Shown here piece after piece: positions 19,156 through 29,489 of a DNA stretch of 64,000 nucleotides. Origin of the DNA: Gammaproteobacteria bacterium (lineage in GTDB: Bacteria > Pseudomonadota > Gammaproteobacteria > QNFE01); assembly GCA_003645455.1 (NCBI GenBank), contig QNFE01000003.1, positions 1,442-65,441 on the forward strand, in the 5' to 3' direction. The notes below the pieces were generated by a model. The model saw nothing but the letters and a program-made list of their open reading frames with translations, was not told the DNA's origin and ran no database searches. The stretch's first letter is position 1, and each line of letters begins with the position of its first letter. Made by a program: the position numbers and the translations under genes.

Positions 19156-20386
19156 TAATCAAATTATTAAAAGCCTATTTAATCGACGGATGTTGATCTG
19201 TGTTTTTACAGGTTTTGCCTCGGGTTTGCCTTTGTATGTTGTATATACTTTATTGCCTGCGTGGCTCAGAAGTGAGGGGGTAAGTTTAACTAATATCGGA
19301 TTTTTTGCTTTGGTGGGTACGCCATATACTTGGAAATTTTTTTACTCACCTTTAATTGATAGATACCCTTTGCCATTTCTGGGGATTCGCCGTGGTTGGA
19401 TGTTTATAACCCAGATTATATTATTTTTTATAATTGCCGCCTTTGGTTGGTTTGAACCTAATATATCCTTGTGGAGTATCGCAGTTTTAGCTTTTGCTTT
19501 GGCTTTGTTTAGTGCCTCTTTGGATATAGTGCTTGATGCTTATCGCCGTGAATTATTACCAGATAGTGAGTTAGGGCTTGGTAATTCAATTCATGTCAAT
19601 GCTTATCGGGTGGCAGGTTTAATCCCGGGATCACTGGCTTTAATTTTATCAGATCATTTAAGTTGGGAGTGGGTTTATTTTATTGTGGCTTTATTTATTT
19701 TGCCCGGGATTTTTATGACTTTATTTATCAAAGAATTAGAGCATAAAAATAAAACCCCGAACACCTTAAAAGATGCGATTGTTTTGCCGTTTATTGATTT
19801 TTTTACTCGCAATGGTGTCAAACAAGCTTTATGGGTATTGGCTTTTATGTTGTTTTATAAACTCGGCGACTCAATGGCAACGGCTTTATCAACTCCATTT
19901 TATCTTGATTTAGGATTTACCAAAACTCAAATAGGAATTGTCGCTAAAAATGCCGCTTTATGGCCGATGGTAATAGGCGGTATGGCAGGCGGTTTATTGA
20001 TGGTTAAAATTGGTATCAATAAAGCATTATGGTTGTTTGGTTTCGTGCAGATTATTACAATTGGTGGTTTTGTAGTTTTGGCAGAAGTCGGCAATAATTT
20101 GGCAGTTTTGGCAGTCGTCATCGCTTTTGAATATTTGGGGGTAGGGCTTGGCACCGCAGCTTTTGTGGCTTTTATTGCCCGCTCTACAAACAAAACATTT
20201 GTCGTGACTCAATTTGCCCTATTAACCGCTTTGACAGCTCTTCCTCGCACATTTGCCAACTCTATCACAGGAATTATGGTAGACTATATGGGTTGGAGTA
20301 ACTTTTTTTGGGTCTGTATTTTCTTGGCAATTCCTGGAATGTTAATGCTTTTCAAAGTTGCCCCTTTTTTTGAAAGATCTGAATGA
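19145..20386 (+). CDS. ampG: AmpG-family muropeptide MFS permease
   Basis: MFS topology; AmpG-like N-terminus (LPLYVVYTLLPAWL); genomic context with nagZ. Confidence 0.7.
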   Translation: MWSDNQIIKSLFNRRMLICVFTGFASGLPLYVVYTLLPAWLRSEGVSLTNIGFFALVGTPYTWKFFYSPLIDRYPLPFLGIRRGWMFITQIILFFIIAAFGWFEPNISLWSIAVLAFALALFSASLDIVLDAYRRELLPDSELGLGNSIHVNAYRVAGLIPGSLALILSDHLSWEWVYFIVALFILPGIFMTLFIKELEHKNKTPNTLKDAIVLPFIDFFTRNGVKQALWVLAFMLFYKLGDSMATALSTPFYLDLGFTKTQIGIVAKNAALWPMVIGGMAGGLLMVKIGINKALWLFGFVQIITIGGFVVLAEVGNNLAVLAVVIAFEYLGVGLGTAAFVAFIARSTNKTFVVTQFALLTALTALPRTFANSITGIMVDYMGWSNFFWVCIFLAIPGMLMLFKVAPFFERSE

Positions 20387-20555
20387 CCTATGTGATTGGT
20401 AAAATAGTCCGTTTGCCTCCGATTGTGAATCTTTAAGAAGACGGTAATAGTAAGTCTCTGACAAGCTTCTTAAAAATTTGCAAGCGGTGATAAAGTTGTA
20501 AGTTTTAACGATTGCATAGGTTATTTAGGTATTCCACTTATAATAGAGGATAAAA

Positions 20556-21167
20556 ATGGCTAATTTATTTATTATTACTGCCCCATCTGGGGTTGGTAAA
20601 ACTTCGCTTATTCGCGAGCTAATGCAACAGGATGTTTTGAGTATAAATTTGGCAATATCACACACAACAAGACCTGCCAGAGACGGTGAACGTGATGGGG
20701 TTGAGTATTATTTTATTGATGAATTATCTTTTAAAAAAATGATTAATGATAATGATTTTGTAGAATACGCAGAGGTTTTTAATAATTTTTATGGCACCTC
20801 AAAACAGGAGATTGCAAATAAATTATCTGAAAATCAAAATATTATTTTGGAGATTGACTGGCAAGGAGCAAAAATCGCTCGCAAAGTCTTTAAAGATGCA
20901 ATAAGTATTTTTATTTTACCACCATCAATTGGGACGATTGAAAAAAGACTCAATATAAGAGCCACAGATAACCTTGATATAATTAAAAATCGGTTAAAAC
21001 AAAGCAAGATTGAGCTCTCTCATTATGATGAGGCAGATTATCTTATTATCAATGATGATTTTCAACAAGCCGTGCAGGATTTGCATAATATCATAGTAGC
21101 CTCCCATAACAATATAAAAACTATGCAAAAACAATACTCCGAACTGATTGAAAGCCTCTTAAAATAA
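20556..21167 (+). CDS. gmk: Guanylate kinase
   Basis: ITAPSGVGKTSL P-loop; HTTRPAR. Confidence 0.85.
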   Translation: MANLFIITAPSGVGKTSLIRELMQQDVLSINLAISHTTRPARDGERDGVEYYFIDELSFKKMINDNDFVEYAEVFNNFYGTSKQEIANKLSENQNIILEIDWQGAKIARKVFKDAISIFILPPSIGTIEKRLNIRATDNLDIIKNRLKQSKIELSHYDEADYLIINDDFQQAVQDLHNIIVASHNNIKTMQKQYSELIESLLK

Positions 21168-21949
21168 TGAAAAAATTTGCGGTTATTGGCAACCCTATCA
21201 AACATAGTTTGTCGCCTATAATTCATCAAAATTTTGCTAAACAATTTAAGATAAAATTAGAATATCAAAAAATTCTTGCCACAGATGATAACTTTAAAAA
21301 AATTGTCACAGATTTTTTTAAAAATGGTGGGGTAGGTTTAAATATTACCGTACCTTTTAAGTTTATAGCTTTTAATCTTTGTGATATTTTATCGGATAGG
21401 GCAAATATGGCAGGCTCTGTTAATACTTTATATCTTGATAAAAACAATAAAATCTGTGGCGACAATACCGATGGTGCAGGTTTGGTAAATGATTTAGAAC
21501 AAAACTTAAATTATAAAATAAAAAATAAAAAAATTTTAATCTATGGGGCAGGGGGAGCAACCGCCGGAATTATTTATCCAATTTTACAAAACCTACCAAA
21601 AAATATTGATATAACTAATCGCACCATCAAAAAAGCCTATGATATGGCAGAGAGATTCAATAAATTTGGCAACATACAAGCTATATCAATTGATAAGTTA
21701 AATAATAACTGTTATGATTTGATTATCAATGCCACCTCAACCGGATTAAGTGGCGAAACCTTGCCTTTAACATCAGGTATAATACACAATACAACACTTT
21801 GTTATGATTTAGCATACAGCAAAAAGCCAACTAATTTTATGCTGTGGGCAGATAAAAACGGAGCCAACAAAACTACAGACGGCAAAGGAATGTTAAAAGA
21901 GCAGGCTGCCATCTCATTTTATATCTGGCACCATAAAAAACCTATCTAG
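21167..21949 (+). CDS. aroE: Shikimate dehydrogenase
   Basis: KHSLSPIIHQ motif; GAGGA NADP site. Confidence 0.8.
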   Translation: MKKFAVIGNPIKHSLSPIIHQNFAKQFKIKLEYQKILATDDNFKKIVTDFFKNGGVGLNITVPFKFIAFNLCDILSDRANMAGSVNTLYLDKNNKICGDNTDGAGLVNDLEQNLNYKIKNKKILIYGAGGATAGIIYPILQNLPKNIDITNRTIKKAYDMAERFNKFGNIQAISIDKLNNNCYDLIINATSTGLSGETLPLTSGIIHNTTLCYDLAYSKKPTNFMLWADKNGANKTTDGKGMLKEQAAISFYIWHHKKPI

Positions 21950-22258
21950 CAAAAATCCCTGTTATAATGGGATTCTTTTTGCTTTTTATATCTATGCAAA
22001 CATTTGGGATAAAATATTCAAAAATAAAGTTTATAAAATGTGTTATGATAGTACCTTTTTACTCTTTTAAAACTTATGAAAATTTTTAATAAAATTGCCA
22101 CAGTCCCTGTTGCTGTTATCCTAATCGGCGGTGTAGCAGTGTATGCAACTTCCAATAAAAACGGGGGGGGGTAGATAATTGTTCAAATTATCAAACTTAT
22201 CCACAAATACCATCAGACTTACAACCCACTACAGCCCAAAAAACCCAATCTTGCAAAA

Positions 22259-22888
22259 TTGCTAATAATCCAAAACGAACACCTAATAAATACAAAGGCA
22301 AAAGGGGGTGCAAAACAATTATTACACACAAAACTTTACAATAAAACATCATTTTATTGTGATCGTCCATATAAACAGCATAAAAAATCACCTGATAGAA
22401 AGTGTTATGAAAAAGACTGCTCGCTGAATATCAACAAAGGCAAGGAATTACAAAAAAACACAATAGATTCGGAACATATTGTTCCTCGGTCAACATTAGG
22501 AAAAAAATCACCTGACTACAAACTATCTCAAAGTGACTTACACAATCTTCGCCCTACTGTTGCCATATTAAACAATCAAAGACAAAATTATCCATTTATT
22601 GATAATATAAATAGCCCACACATAGAAATTAGCAAATGTGATTTAAAGATTACCCATAAAGCAAAACTGGTATCGCCACCAAACAGCAAAAAAGGAACAA
22701 TAGCTCGCACCTATTTATATATGAATGACACCTATTCCTTGCAATTAAGTGAACAAGAATTAGAGCAATATTTAAGATGGCACAAACTTTATCCGCCAAA
22801 TAACTGGGAAATAAAACGCAATATTTTAATTCAAAAATATCAAGGCAATACTAACCCTTGGATTGATATTTATGAGACAAAAAAATGA
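22259..22888 (+). CDS. Endonuclease I (EndA/Vvn family) domain, separated from its in-frame signal-peptide segment (22076..22171) by TAG at 22172
   Basis: AKQLLHTKLYNKTSFYCDRPY...SIARTYLYM... matches periplasmic endonuclease I; upstream in-frame MKIFNKIATVPVAVILIGGVAVYATSNKNGGG* ends right after a G9 tract. Confidence 0.55.
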   Translation: MLIIQNEHLINTKAKGGAKQLLHTKLYNKTSFYCDRPYKQHKKSPDRKCYEKDCSLNINKGKELQKNTIDSEHIVPRSTLGKKSPDYKLSQSDLHNLRPTVAILNNQRQNYPFIDNINSPHIEISKCDLKITHKAKLVSPPNSKKGTIARTYLYMNDTYSLQLSEQELEQYLRWHKLYPPNNWEIKRNILIQKYQGNTNPWIDIYETKK

Positions 22889-23340
22889 AAAAATATCTCA
22901 TAACTACAATGTTATTTTTTGTGGCAAGTTCTGTTTATTCTTTTAATGATAAATCGTCAAACCATAAAAATCCTGCAAATTTGGCAGAATTAACAAAATT
23001 ATTTAATAATGGATTAAATGAATATGATAAGGGCAATTATACCAAAGCTGCTGATTTATGGCAAAGAGCCTGTGATGGTGGGGTATCTGGTGCTTGTTAT
23101 AATCTCGCAGTCCTGTATACCAACGGCACAGGGGTTAAAAAAAACCCAAAAATAGCTTTTGAATTATATCAAAAATCTTGCAACAATCATTATGCTGATG
23201 CTTGTTTTAATCTGGGAATTATGCATAATCAAAAACACGGCATTTATAAAGACAAAACCAAAGCCAAAACATACTTTAAAAAAGCCTGTGATTTGGGGCA
23301 TTCTTTTAGTTGTCAAGGCTTAAAATCTATCAAGGATTAA
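22885..23340 (+). CDS. Secreted Sel1/HCP-like cysteine-containing repeat protein
   Basis: Signal peptide; ACYNLAVLY, ACFNLGIMH repeats. Confidence 0.6.
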   Translation: MKKYLITTMLFFVASSVYSFNDKSSNHKNPANLAELTKLFNNGLNEYDKGNYTKAADLWQRACDGGVSGACYNLAVLYTNGTGVKKNPKIAFELYQKSCNNHYADACFNLGIMHNQKHGIYKDKTKAKTYFKKACDLGHSFSCQGLKSIKD

Positions 23341-23532
23341 GTTATGCTGGTAATTAGAAATTATTATACACGAAAATCAGATAAATTGACAAAATAAATA
23401 TTTTTGTTTATAATTCTATTTTTTGCTTAAAATATATTAATATTATCTAAACTTCTTAGAAAAAGTGGGAGATTTTGATAAACCCATCAAAGCATTTGTT
23501 GATTTAACCCAAGGTAAAACATACGGTAAATA

Positions 23533-25029
23533 ATGGCATCACTACTAAAAGAATATTCAAAAGAAAAACTTACAGGGCAAATCTGGACTCCTTTTTATAT
23601 AGTTGATAAAATTCTTGATGATATAAAATATGATGGCTCTGATGTTCTTGGTAAAACAATTTTAGACCCTGCCTGTGGAGATGGACGATTTTTGATAAAA
23701 ATAGCTCAACGGATAATAAAATATTCAAAACTCTGCGATTTACAACATAATCTCAATAATATCTATGGCTGGGATATTGACAAAAAAGCCATCAAGATTG
23801 CTCGTCAAAAATTAGATAAAATAATCCAGCCTTATGATATCTGTGTCAATTGGAATTTAAAAATTTGTAATTCCCTGCAACAGATAAACGGACAAATTGA
23901 TTTATTTTCCGATAAAAAACAAATTCAAAAATTTGATTTTATTGTCGGCAATCCGCCATATATTCGCATTCAACATTTGAATGAGAGCACACGACAATAT
24001 ATCAAAAAAAACTATTCTTTTTGTAAGATGGGTTCAACTGACATATATATAGCATTTTATGAGTTGGCTTTGAATTTATTAAAAAATGATGGTGTTTGTG
24101 GTTATATTAGCCCCAATTCTTTTTTTTATACTGATACTGCAAAATATTTACGAGAGTATTTTCAAGACCATAAAAATCTTCTGCAAGTCAGTAACTATGG
24201 CACAATCCAGTTATTTGAAAATGCGATTACCTATAGTGCAATAGTTATTTTTAACAAACAACAACAAAATAATTTTTTATATCAATTAGCGGAGAATAAT
24301 ACAGATTTTAAACAAAGATATATAGATTTTAAGGAATTGACACAATATTCTTTTTGGCAATTAGCCACCAAAAAACTTAAAATCAAAAAAGGCATAAAAC
24401 TAAAAGACATCGCCGATATTCATGTGGGTTTGACAACTTTGGCTGATAAAATTTATATGATGCCACTATATAAAAAAGAGGGTGATTATATTTATCTTAA
24501 ATCAAAATATAATGGGGTGATACAGATTGAAAAATCTATTTGTAAACCTATCATAAAAGCCTCAAGAATAAAAAGCTCTGATGAGCCGATAAAAGAATTT
24601 GTGGTATTTCCATACAAAAAAACAACAGATGGTAACAGGATCATCAAAGAACAAGAGTTAAAACAAAAATATCCGCTTGCCTATGCTTATTTATCATCCA
24701 ACAAAGATATTTTATTAAAAAGAGATAATGGCAAAAAAAATAAAGTAGTATGGTATGCCTTTGGCAGAAGTCAAGGATTACTGACAAGTTTTGGCGAGAA
24801 AATCTTGCTATCACCGATGAATAAAAAACCTAATTTTATTTATCATAAAAATAAAAATGCTTGTTTTTATTCAGGTTATTGCATTAAATATAAAGGCGAT
24901 AATGATAAATTATTACAACAACTAAACTCAACCAGAATGGCAGAGTATATTCAAAGCTCGTCATCTGATTTATCATCTGGCTGGAAAGCTTATAACAAAA
25001 GAGTTTTGCAAGAGTTTGTCATAGTATAG
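23533..25029 (+). CDS. N6-adenine DNA methyltransferase (gamma-class, TaqI/Eco57I-like), solitary
   Basis: DPACGDGRFL motif I and FIVGNPPYIRIQ motif IV (NPPY). Confidence 0.65.
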   Translation: MASLLKEYSKEKLTGQIWTPFYIVDKILDDIKYDGSDVLGKTILDPACGDGRFLIKIAQRIIKYSKLCDLQHNLNNIYGWDIDKKAIKIARQKLDKIIQPYDICVNWNLKICNSLQQINGQIDLFSDKKQIQKFDFIVGNPPYIRIQHLNESTRQYIKKNYSFCKMGSTDIYIAFYELALNLLKNDGVCGYISPNSFFYTDTAKYLREYFQDHKNLLQVSNYGTIQLFENAITYSAIVIFNKQQQNNFLYQLAENNTDFKQRYIDFKELTQYSFWQLATKKLKIKKGIKLKDIADIHVGLTTLADKIYMMPLYKKEGDYIYLKSKYNGVIQIEKSICKPIIKASRIKSSDEPIKEFVVFPYKKTTDGNRIIKEQELKQKYPLAYAYLSSNKDILLKRDNGKKNKVVWYAFGRSQGLLTSFGEKILLSPMNKKPNFIYHKNKNACFYSGYCIKYKGDNDKLLQQLNSTRMAEYIQSSSSDLSSGWKAYNKRVLQEFVIV

Positions 25030-25142
25030 GTCAAAAACTCCGTCATAATGAGGCAGAATGATGCGGTTATCTCTTTGGGTCTTGTTGTTTGCCCTATAAT
25101 GTCGTTTGATTTTCGTTGCCATAACATGGATTATTCTGATGG

Positions 25143-25240
25143 GCTGTGAAAAATGGTGTCAGTAAAACCACAGACGGCAAGAGTATGTTAAAAGAGCAGG
25201 CTGCGATTTCTTTTTATATCTGGCATCATAAAAAAACCTA
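25143..25240 (+). repeat. Diverged duplicate of the aroE 3-prime end (about 90% identical to 21841..21949)
   Basis: Translates in frame as AVKNGVSKTTDGKSMLKEQAAISFYIWHHKKT*, compared with aroE ...KNGANKTTDGKGMLKEQAAISFYIWHHKKPI*. Confidence 0.7.
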
Positions 25241-25343
25241 AAACCTTGTCATTGCGAACGAAGTGAAGCAATCTTGCAAAAGCAGACGGATAATAACAAT
25301 AGATAACCACAGCACCTGATTACGCACAAGAGTATCTATTTTT

Positions 25344-26003
25344 TTAATAACCTAATAAACGAATATAACTTACCAATCCTGCTACTTCTTGTTTGTTAAG
25401 AATTCCATCCCAAGCCGGCATAAAACGCCCTTTGCCTTTTTGAATGCTTTGTATTAGGTCTTGATTACTAAGTTTATTAGTGTTGATAGGGTTGGTGTGA
25501 TCGGTCGGAGTTATGCCGATTAAATTTGTCATAATACCATCACCGTCACCATCTTTACCGTGACACACCGCACAATAGGTTTGATAGGTTTTTTTACCTA
25601 AGTTAGGGTCTCCCATAAGTTGATGCCGGCTACGAGATAAAAATCTTAAATAAGCAATTATTGAATCTATTTGACTGTCATTAAAAACTGTGTTCCACTC
25701 TGGCATAGCATCTGATAAAATATTGTGTCTATCTCTACCTGTTATCGTTTGTTTGCCCCGACCTGTAATAATTTTTTTTAAAATTGTATCACTACGAGAG
25801 CGGACAGTTGTTGTTAAATCGGCAGGTTTGATTTTCATAGCTTTTGCCAAAGTGCCATCACCTTTGCCATTTTTGCCGTGGCATAATTGACAATAAGAGG
25901 TAAATAATTTACGACCATCAAAGGCATCACCATTTGCTGCTAATATCGGCTGGTGAAAAAATATAAAAATCAACAATATGATAGGATAAATTTTTTTATT
26001 CAT
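25344..26003 (-). CDS. Dihaem c-type cytochrome (c4-like)
   Basis: Two CxxCH motifs (CQLCHG, CAVCHG); signal peptide. Confidence 0.6.
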   Translation of the reverse strand: MNKKIYPIILLIFIFFHQPILAANGDAFDGRKLFTSYCQLCHGKNGKGDGTLAKAMKIKPADLTTTVRSRSDTILKKIITGRGKQTITGRDRHNILSDAMPEWNTVFNDSQIDSIIAYLRFLSRSRHQLMGDPNLGKKTYQTYCAVCHGKDGDGDGIMTNLIGITPTDHTNPINTNKLSNQDLIQSIQKGKGRFMPAWDGILNKQEVAGLVSYIRLLGY

Positions 26004-26004
26004 T

Positions 26005-26367
26005 TTAAAGTTCCTTGCCGTTAAAAACCTTGATAGTTAGTTTTTCCATATCAATATTCTGAATACAACCTAAGTTTATTCGGTAATGATTGGGTTGACG
26101 AAATGTTTGATGAAAAGGGTGGATGCCACATTTTTGACAAAAATAATGTTTAGCGGTTTTATCGCCAAATTGATACATAGTAAGATTATTGCTCTCATCT
26201 GTTATCTTTATCTCATCAGGCGACACCACAAAAGATGACATAACATAACCCTTGCGTTGGCATATAGAGCAATTACATCTCAAGCCAGTGCTAATTTTAT
26301 CAGATTCTGTAAATTCAAATTTAATGGCTTGGCAGTGGCAAGAGCCAGTATATTTTTTTGTATTCAT
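26005..26367 (-). CDS. GFA-family (glutathione-dependent formaldehyde-activating/CENP-V-like) zinc protein
   Basis: CHC...CNCSIC...CQKCG cysteine pattern. Confidence 0.55.
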   Translation of the reverse strand: MNTKKYTGSCHCQAIKFEFTESDKISTGLRCNCSICQRKGYVMSSFVVSPDEIKITDESNNLTMYQFGDKTAKHYFCQKCGIHPFHQTFRQPNHYRINLGCIQNIDMEKLTIKVFNGKEL

Positions 26368-27110
26368 TTTTTGTTATCCATCCATTGTTGAACGGTTTTT
26401 ACTAATAATTCATTTTTATCATTAAAAAAATGGTCTGTCTTGACTACTATTTGTTGGTATTTAGGGTTATTTTTAGCAGCTTGTTGGCGTTTTTTGACCG
26501 AATCTAAAACAGGTTTAATATCATCTGTGCCGTATAAATCTAAGGTTGGGATTTTTATTTTTGACAGATATTTGACGGTAAAATTTGGCATACCGATACC
26601 GACAAAATATTTAAATGGATGGGGATTATTAGCCATAAAATGAGATGCCATAACAGTTCCCATACTGTGAGCTACGACAAAATCAACTTCTAATTTTTGT
26701 TGTTGCAAGTAATCAATGGCAGCTTTAATTCTTTTGTCGGCGAGAGTTAATAATTTTAAGTATTCAGGAGCCTCAATACCATTAGCAAGAACTGGCATTT
26801 GCATTGATAGGGTGTGATAACCATATTTTGTAAGCTCTATTCGTAAGGGTTGGATAATTTGTTGCATATTAGGGTGGACACCAATTCCATGCATAATTAT
26901 CACAGCTTTGCGGCTTGGTTTTTCAGATGCAGTCAAAATTGATAAAAAAGAATGTTTGCGGGCTTTAAGCCATACTACTTCACCATCCATCAAACTATCT
27001 TCAATAGCAACACTCCACCTTTTTTCTTTGGCAAAGTTAGGGGTAATATCACCTGCAAAAATTGCAGATGAATAAAAAAATATAAGCAATAAAAACGTCC
27101 AAAATTTCAT
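26364..27110 (-). CDS. Secreted alpha/beta-hydrolase
   Basis: AHSMG nucleophile elbow; signal peptide. Confidence 0.5.
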   Translation of the reverse strand: MKFWTFLLLIFFYSSAIFAGDITPNFAKEKRWSVAIEDSLMDGEVVWLKARKHSFLSILTASEKPSRKAVIIMHGIGVHPNMQQIIQPLRIELTKYGYHTLSMQMPVLANGIEAPEYLKLLTLADKRIKAAIDYLQQQKLEVDFVVAHSMGTVMASHFMANNPHPFKYFVGIGMPNFTVKYLSKIKIPTLDLYGTDDIKPVLDSVKKRQQAAKNNPKYQQIVVKTDHFFNDKNELLVKTVQQWMDNKK

Positions 27111-27134
27111 TATAAACTCTTAAAAATATTTATT

Positions 27135-27231
27135 TGAGACCTTTGCATAAATAAAGTGCTGTCTATGGAATGCTGCAAAAAAGTGCATTTTGTGTATTTT
27201 ATAAATTGTGCTTTATTTATGCAAAAATCTC
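27135..27231. repeat. MITE family 2 copy (short)
   Basis: GAGACCTTTGCATAAATAAAGTGC...GTGCTTTATTTATGCAAAAATCTC. Confidence 0.55.
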
Positions 27232-27315
27232 AATACAATAAGAATGCGATATTTTAACAAATAATCAATAAAAAAACAACAAATATTTAAAAAAATATTT
27301 TTTAAGTTTATTTTT

Positions 27316-27324
27316 TGCTATAAT
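27316..27324 (+). promoter_or_regulatory. Extended -10 element TGCTATAAT upstream of prpE
   Basis: TTTTTTGCTATAAT about 30 nt upstream of start codon. Confidence 0.4.
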
Positions 27325-27351
27325 TAGTGTTTTATATTTTATGGGGGCATT

Positions 27352-29241
27352 ATGACATACAAAGAAGAATATCAAAATTCTTTACAAAATTCTATTAGAT
27401 TTTGGCAAGAAAAATCTGCTGATTTACCTTGGTATCAAAAACCATCAGAGGTTGCATTAAAGGACGATGGAGGTATCCATCACTGGTTTGCAGATTCAAA
27501 AATGAATACCTGTTATATGGCAGTGGATTATCATTGTGAAAATGGCAGAAGCTCACAAGATGCTTTGATTTATGATTCGGCGGTAAGTGGTAAATCTACC
27601 CGATACACCTATGGCGAATTAAAACAAGAGGTCGCAAAAACAGCTGGAATGTTGGTAGAATTGGGGGTCAAAAAAGGTGATAGAGTTGTCCTATATATGC
27701 CAATGATTGCAGAATCTGCTATTGCTATGTTGGCATGTAGCAGAATTGGAGCTGTGCATTGTGTTGTTTTTGGTGGTTTTGCAGCCCCCGAGCTTGCTTC
27801 GCGAATTGATGATTGCACCCCTGTAATAATTTTAAGTGCCTCTTGTGGGGTTGAGGTTAATAAAATAATCCCTTATAAGCCTATCTTAGATAATGCTTTA
27901 AAATTATCATCTCATCAACCTCTAAAATCTGTGGTTTTAGTGCGTGATGAGTTGGAAGATATGCCAGTGCCTGAGATGGTAGATGGTTTTGATGTGGATT
28001 GGCATTCTTTAAAAACCATCGCAAAACCTGTGGATTGTGTGCCTGTTCGTGGCGATGATTTGTTATATATTCTTTATACCTCTGGCACAACTGGAAAACC
28101 TAAGGGTGTGACACGTGAAAGTGGCGGTCATGCTGTGGCGATGAAATATTCAATGAAAGCCATTTATGATATGAATCCAGGTGATGTATTCTGGGCGGCC
28201 TCTGATGTAGGTTGGGTGGTAGGGCATTCATACATAGTTTATGCCCCTCTGTTACAAGGATGCACGAGTATTTTTTATGAGGGAAAACCGATAATGACTC
28301 CTGATGCAGGTAGTTTTTGGCGGATAATTGAAGATTATAAAGTCAAAGCCTTATTTACAGCACCGACAGCTTTTCGGGCAATTAAAAAAGAAGACCCAGA
28401 TGGAAAACTGATTAAAAAATACAATATATCAAGTTTAGAAAAAATCTTTGCCGCAGGCGAGAGATTGGACCCACCAACCTATGACTGGTTGGTTGAAAAA
28501 ACTGGCAAACCAGTATTTGATCACTGGTGGCAAACCGAGACCGGCTGGGCGATTGTAGCTAATATGACAGGAATTGAAGAGATGCCTGTAAAGCCTGGTT
28601 CATCAACCGTGCCAACTCCTGGTTTTGATATTAGAATTTTAGATGATAAAGGTGTTGAATTACCGACAGGGGAGCAGGGAAATATCTGTATAAAACTACC
28701 ATTGCCGCCGAGCTGTTTAACAAAAATTTACGGTGATGATAATAGGTTTTATAATGAATATCTATCAAGATTTAAAGGGTATTATTCAAGTGGTGATGGC
28801 GGTTACTTTGACGAAGACGGTTATTTATTTATTATGGGTAGAACTGATGATGTTATCAATATATCAGGACACAGACTATCAACAGGTGAGATGGAAGAGA
28901 TAGTAGCCAAACATAAAAGTGTAGCAGAGTGTGCCGTAGTTGGAATAAACGACAAGCTAAAAGGACAGATTCCCTTAGGTTTTGTCGTTTTAAAAGCAGG
29001 TGAAAATATAACCTATCAAAAACTTATGCATGATTTGGTGCAAATGGTGCGATCGGATATAGGAGCGGTGGCTTGTTATAAAAAAACCATCATAGTGAAA
29101 CGGTTACCAAAAACCAGATCTGGTAAAATTTTACGAAAAACGATGCGTCAAATGGTGGACGGTGATGAATATATTGTGCCATCCACGATTGATGACCCTG
29201 CTATAATAAACGAAATAGAATTAAAAATCAGAGCAGTTTGA
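27352..29241 (+). CDS. prpE: Propionate--CoA ligase
   Basis: Long stretches match PrpE by memory: RVVLYMPMIAE...RIGAVHCVVFGGFA..., ILYTSGTTGKPKGV...DVGWVVGHSYIVYAPLL. Confidence 0.75.
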   Translation: MTYKEEYQNSLQNSIRFWQEKSADLPWYQKPSEVALKDDGGIHHWFADSKMNTCYMAVDYHCENGRSSQDALIYDSAVSGKSTRYTYGELKQEVAKTAGMLVELGVKKGDRVVLYMPMIAESAIAMLACSRIGAVHCVVFGGFAAPELASRIDDCTPVIILSASCGVEVNKIIPYKPILDNALKLSSHQPLKSVVLVRDELEDMPVPEMVDGFDVDWHSLKTIAKPVDCVPVRGDDLLYILYTSGTTGKPKGVTRESGGHAVAMKYSMKAIYDMNPGDVFWAASDVGWVVGHSYIVYAPLLQGCTSIFYEGKPIMTPDAGSFWRIIEDYKVKALFTAPTAFRAIKKEDPDGKLIKKYNISSLEKIFAAGERLDPPTYDWLVEKTGKPVFDHWWQTETGWAIVANMTGIEEMPVKPGSSTVPTPGFDIRILDDKGVELPTGEQGNICIKLPLPPSCLTKIYGDDNRFYNEYLSRFKGYYSSGDGGYFDEDGYLFIMGRTDDVINISGHRLSTGEMEEIVAKHKSVAECAVVGINDKLKGQIPLGFVVLKAGENITYQKLMHDLVQMVRSDIGAVACYKKTIIVKRLPKTRSGKILRKTMRQMVDGDEYIVPSTIDDPAIINEIELKIRAV

Positions 29242-29287
29242 TTACCTACTAAGCAATTGAATTCAATCTTTGTTTGGGGACTTATGG

Positions 29288-29320
29288 ATAACTTCCTAAC
29301 TACGGAAGTTATATTTTAAT
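29288..29320 (+). terminator. Hairpin (ATAACTTCC...GGAAGTTAT) followed by T-rich run after prpE
   Basis: 9-bp perfect stem, then ATTTTAATTTT. Confidence 0.4.
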
Positions 29321-29489
29321 TTTATATTATAAACAATTGATTTTAAGGTATAAAAATTGTAAAAGCAAAATGCTGCTTCCGAAAACATAGGTTAATCAAG
29401 GGCTTCTTTGTAAAAATTTGAATGATTGATGCTTGAATTATGTAAAAATCTTATATATAATATGCAGTTTTTAAATTGATACCGATATT

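Noticed and set aside
29380-29450. Possible Pho box upstream of DUF47/PiT genes (two TGTAAAAAT direct repeats)
   Set aside because: The repeats are about 31 nt apart, not the 11-nt periodicity of CTGTCAT Pho boxes, and AT-rich sequence gives such matches by chance.
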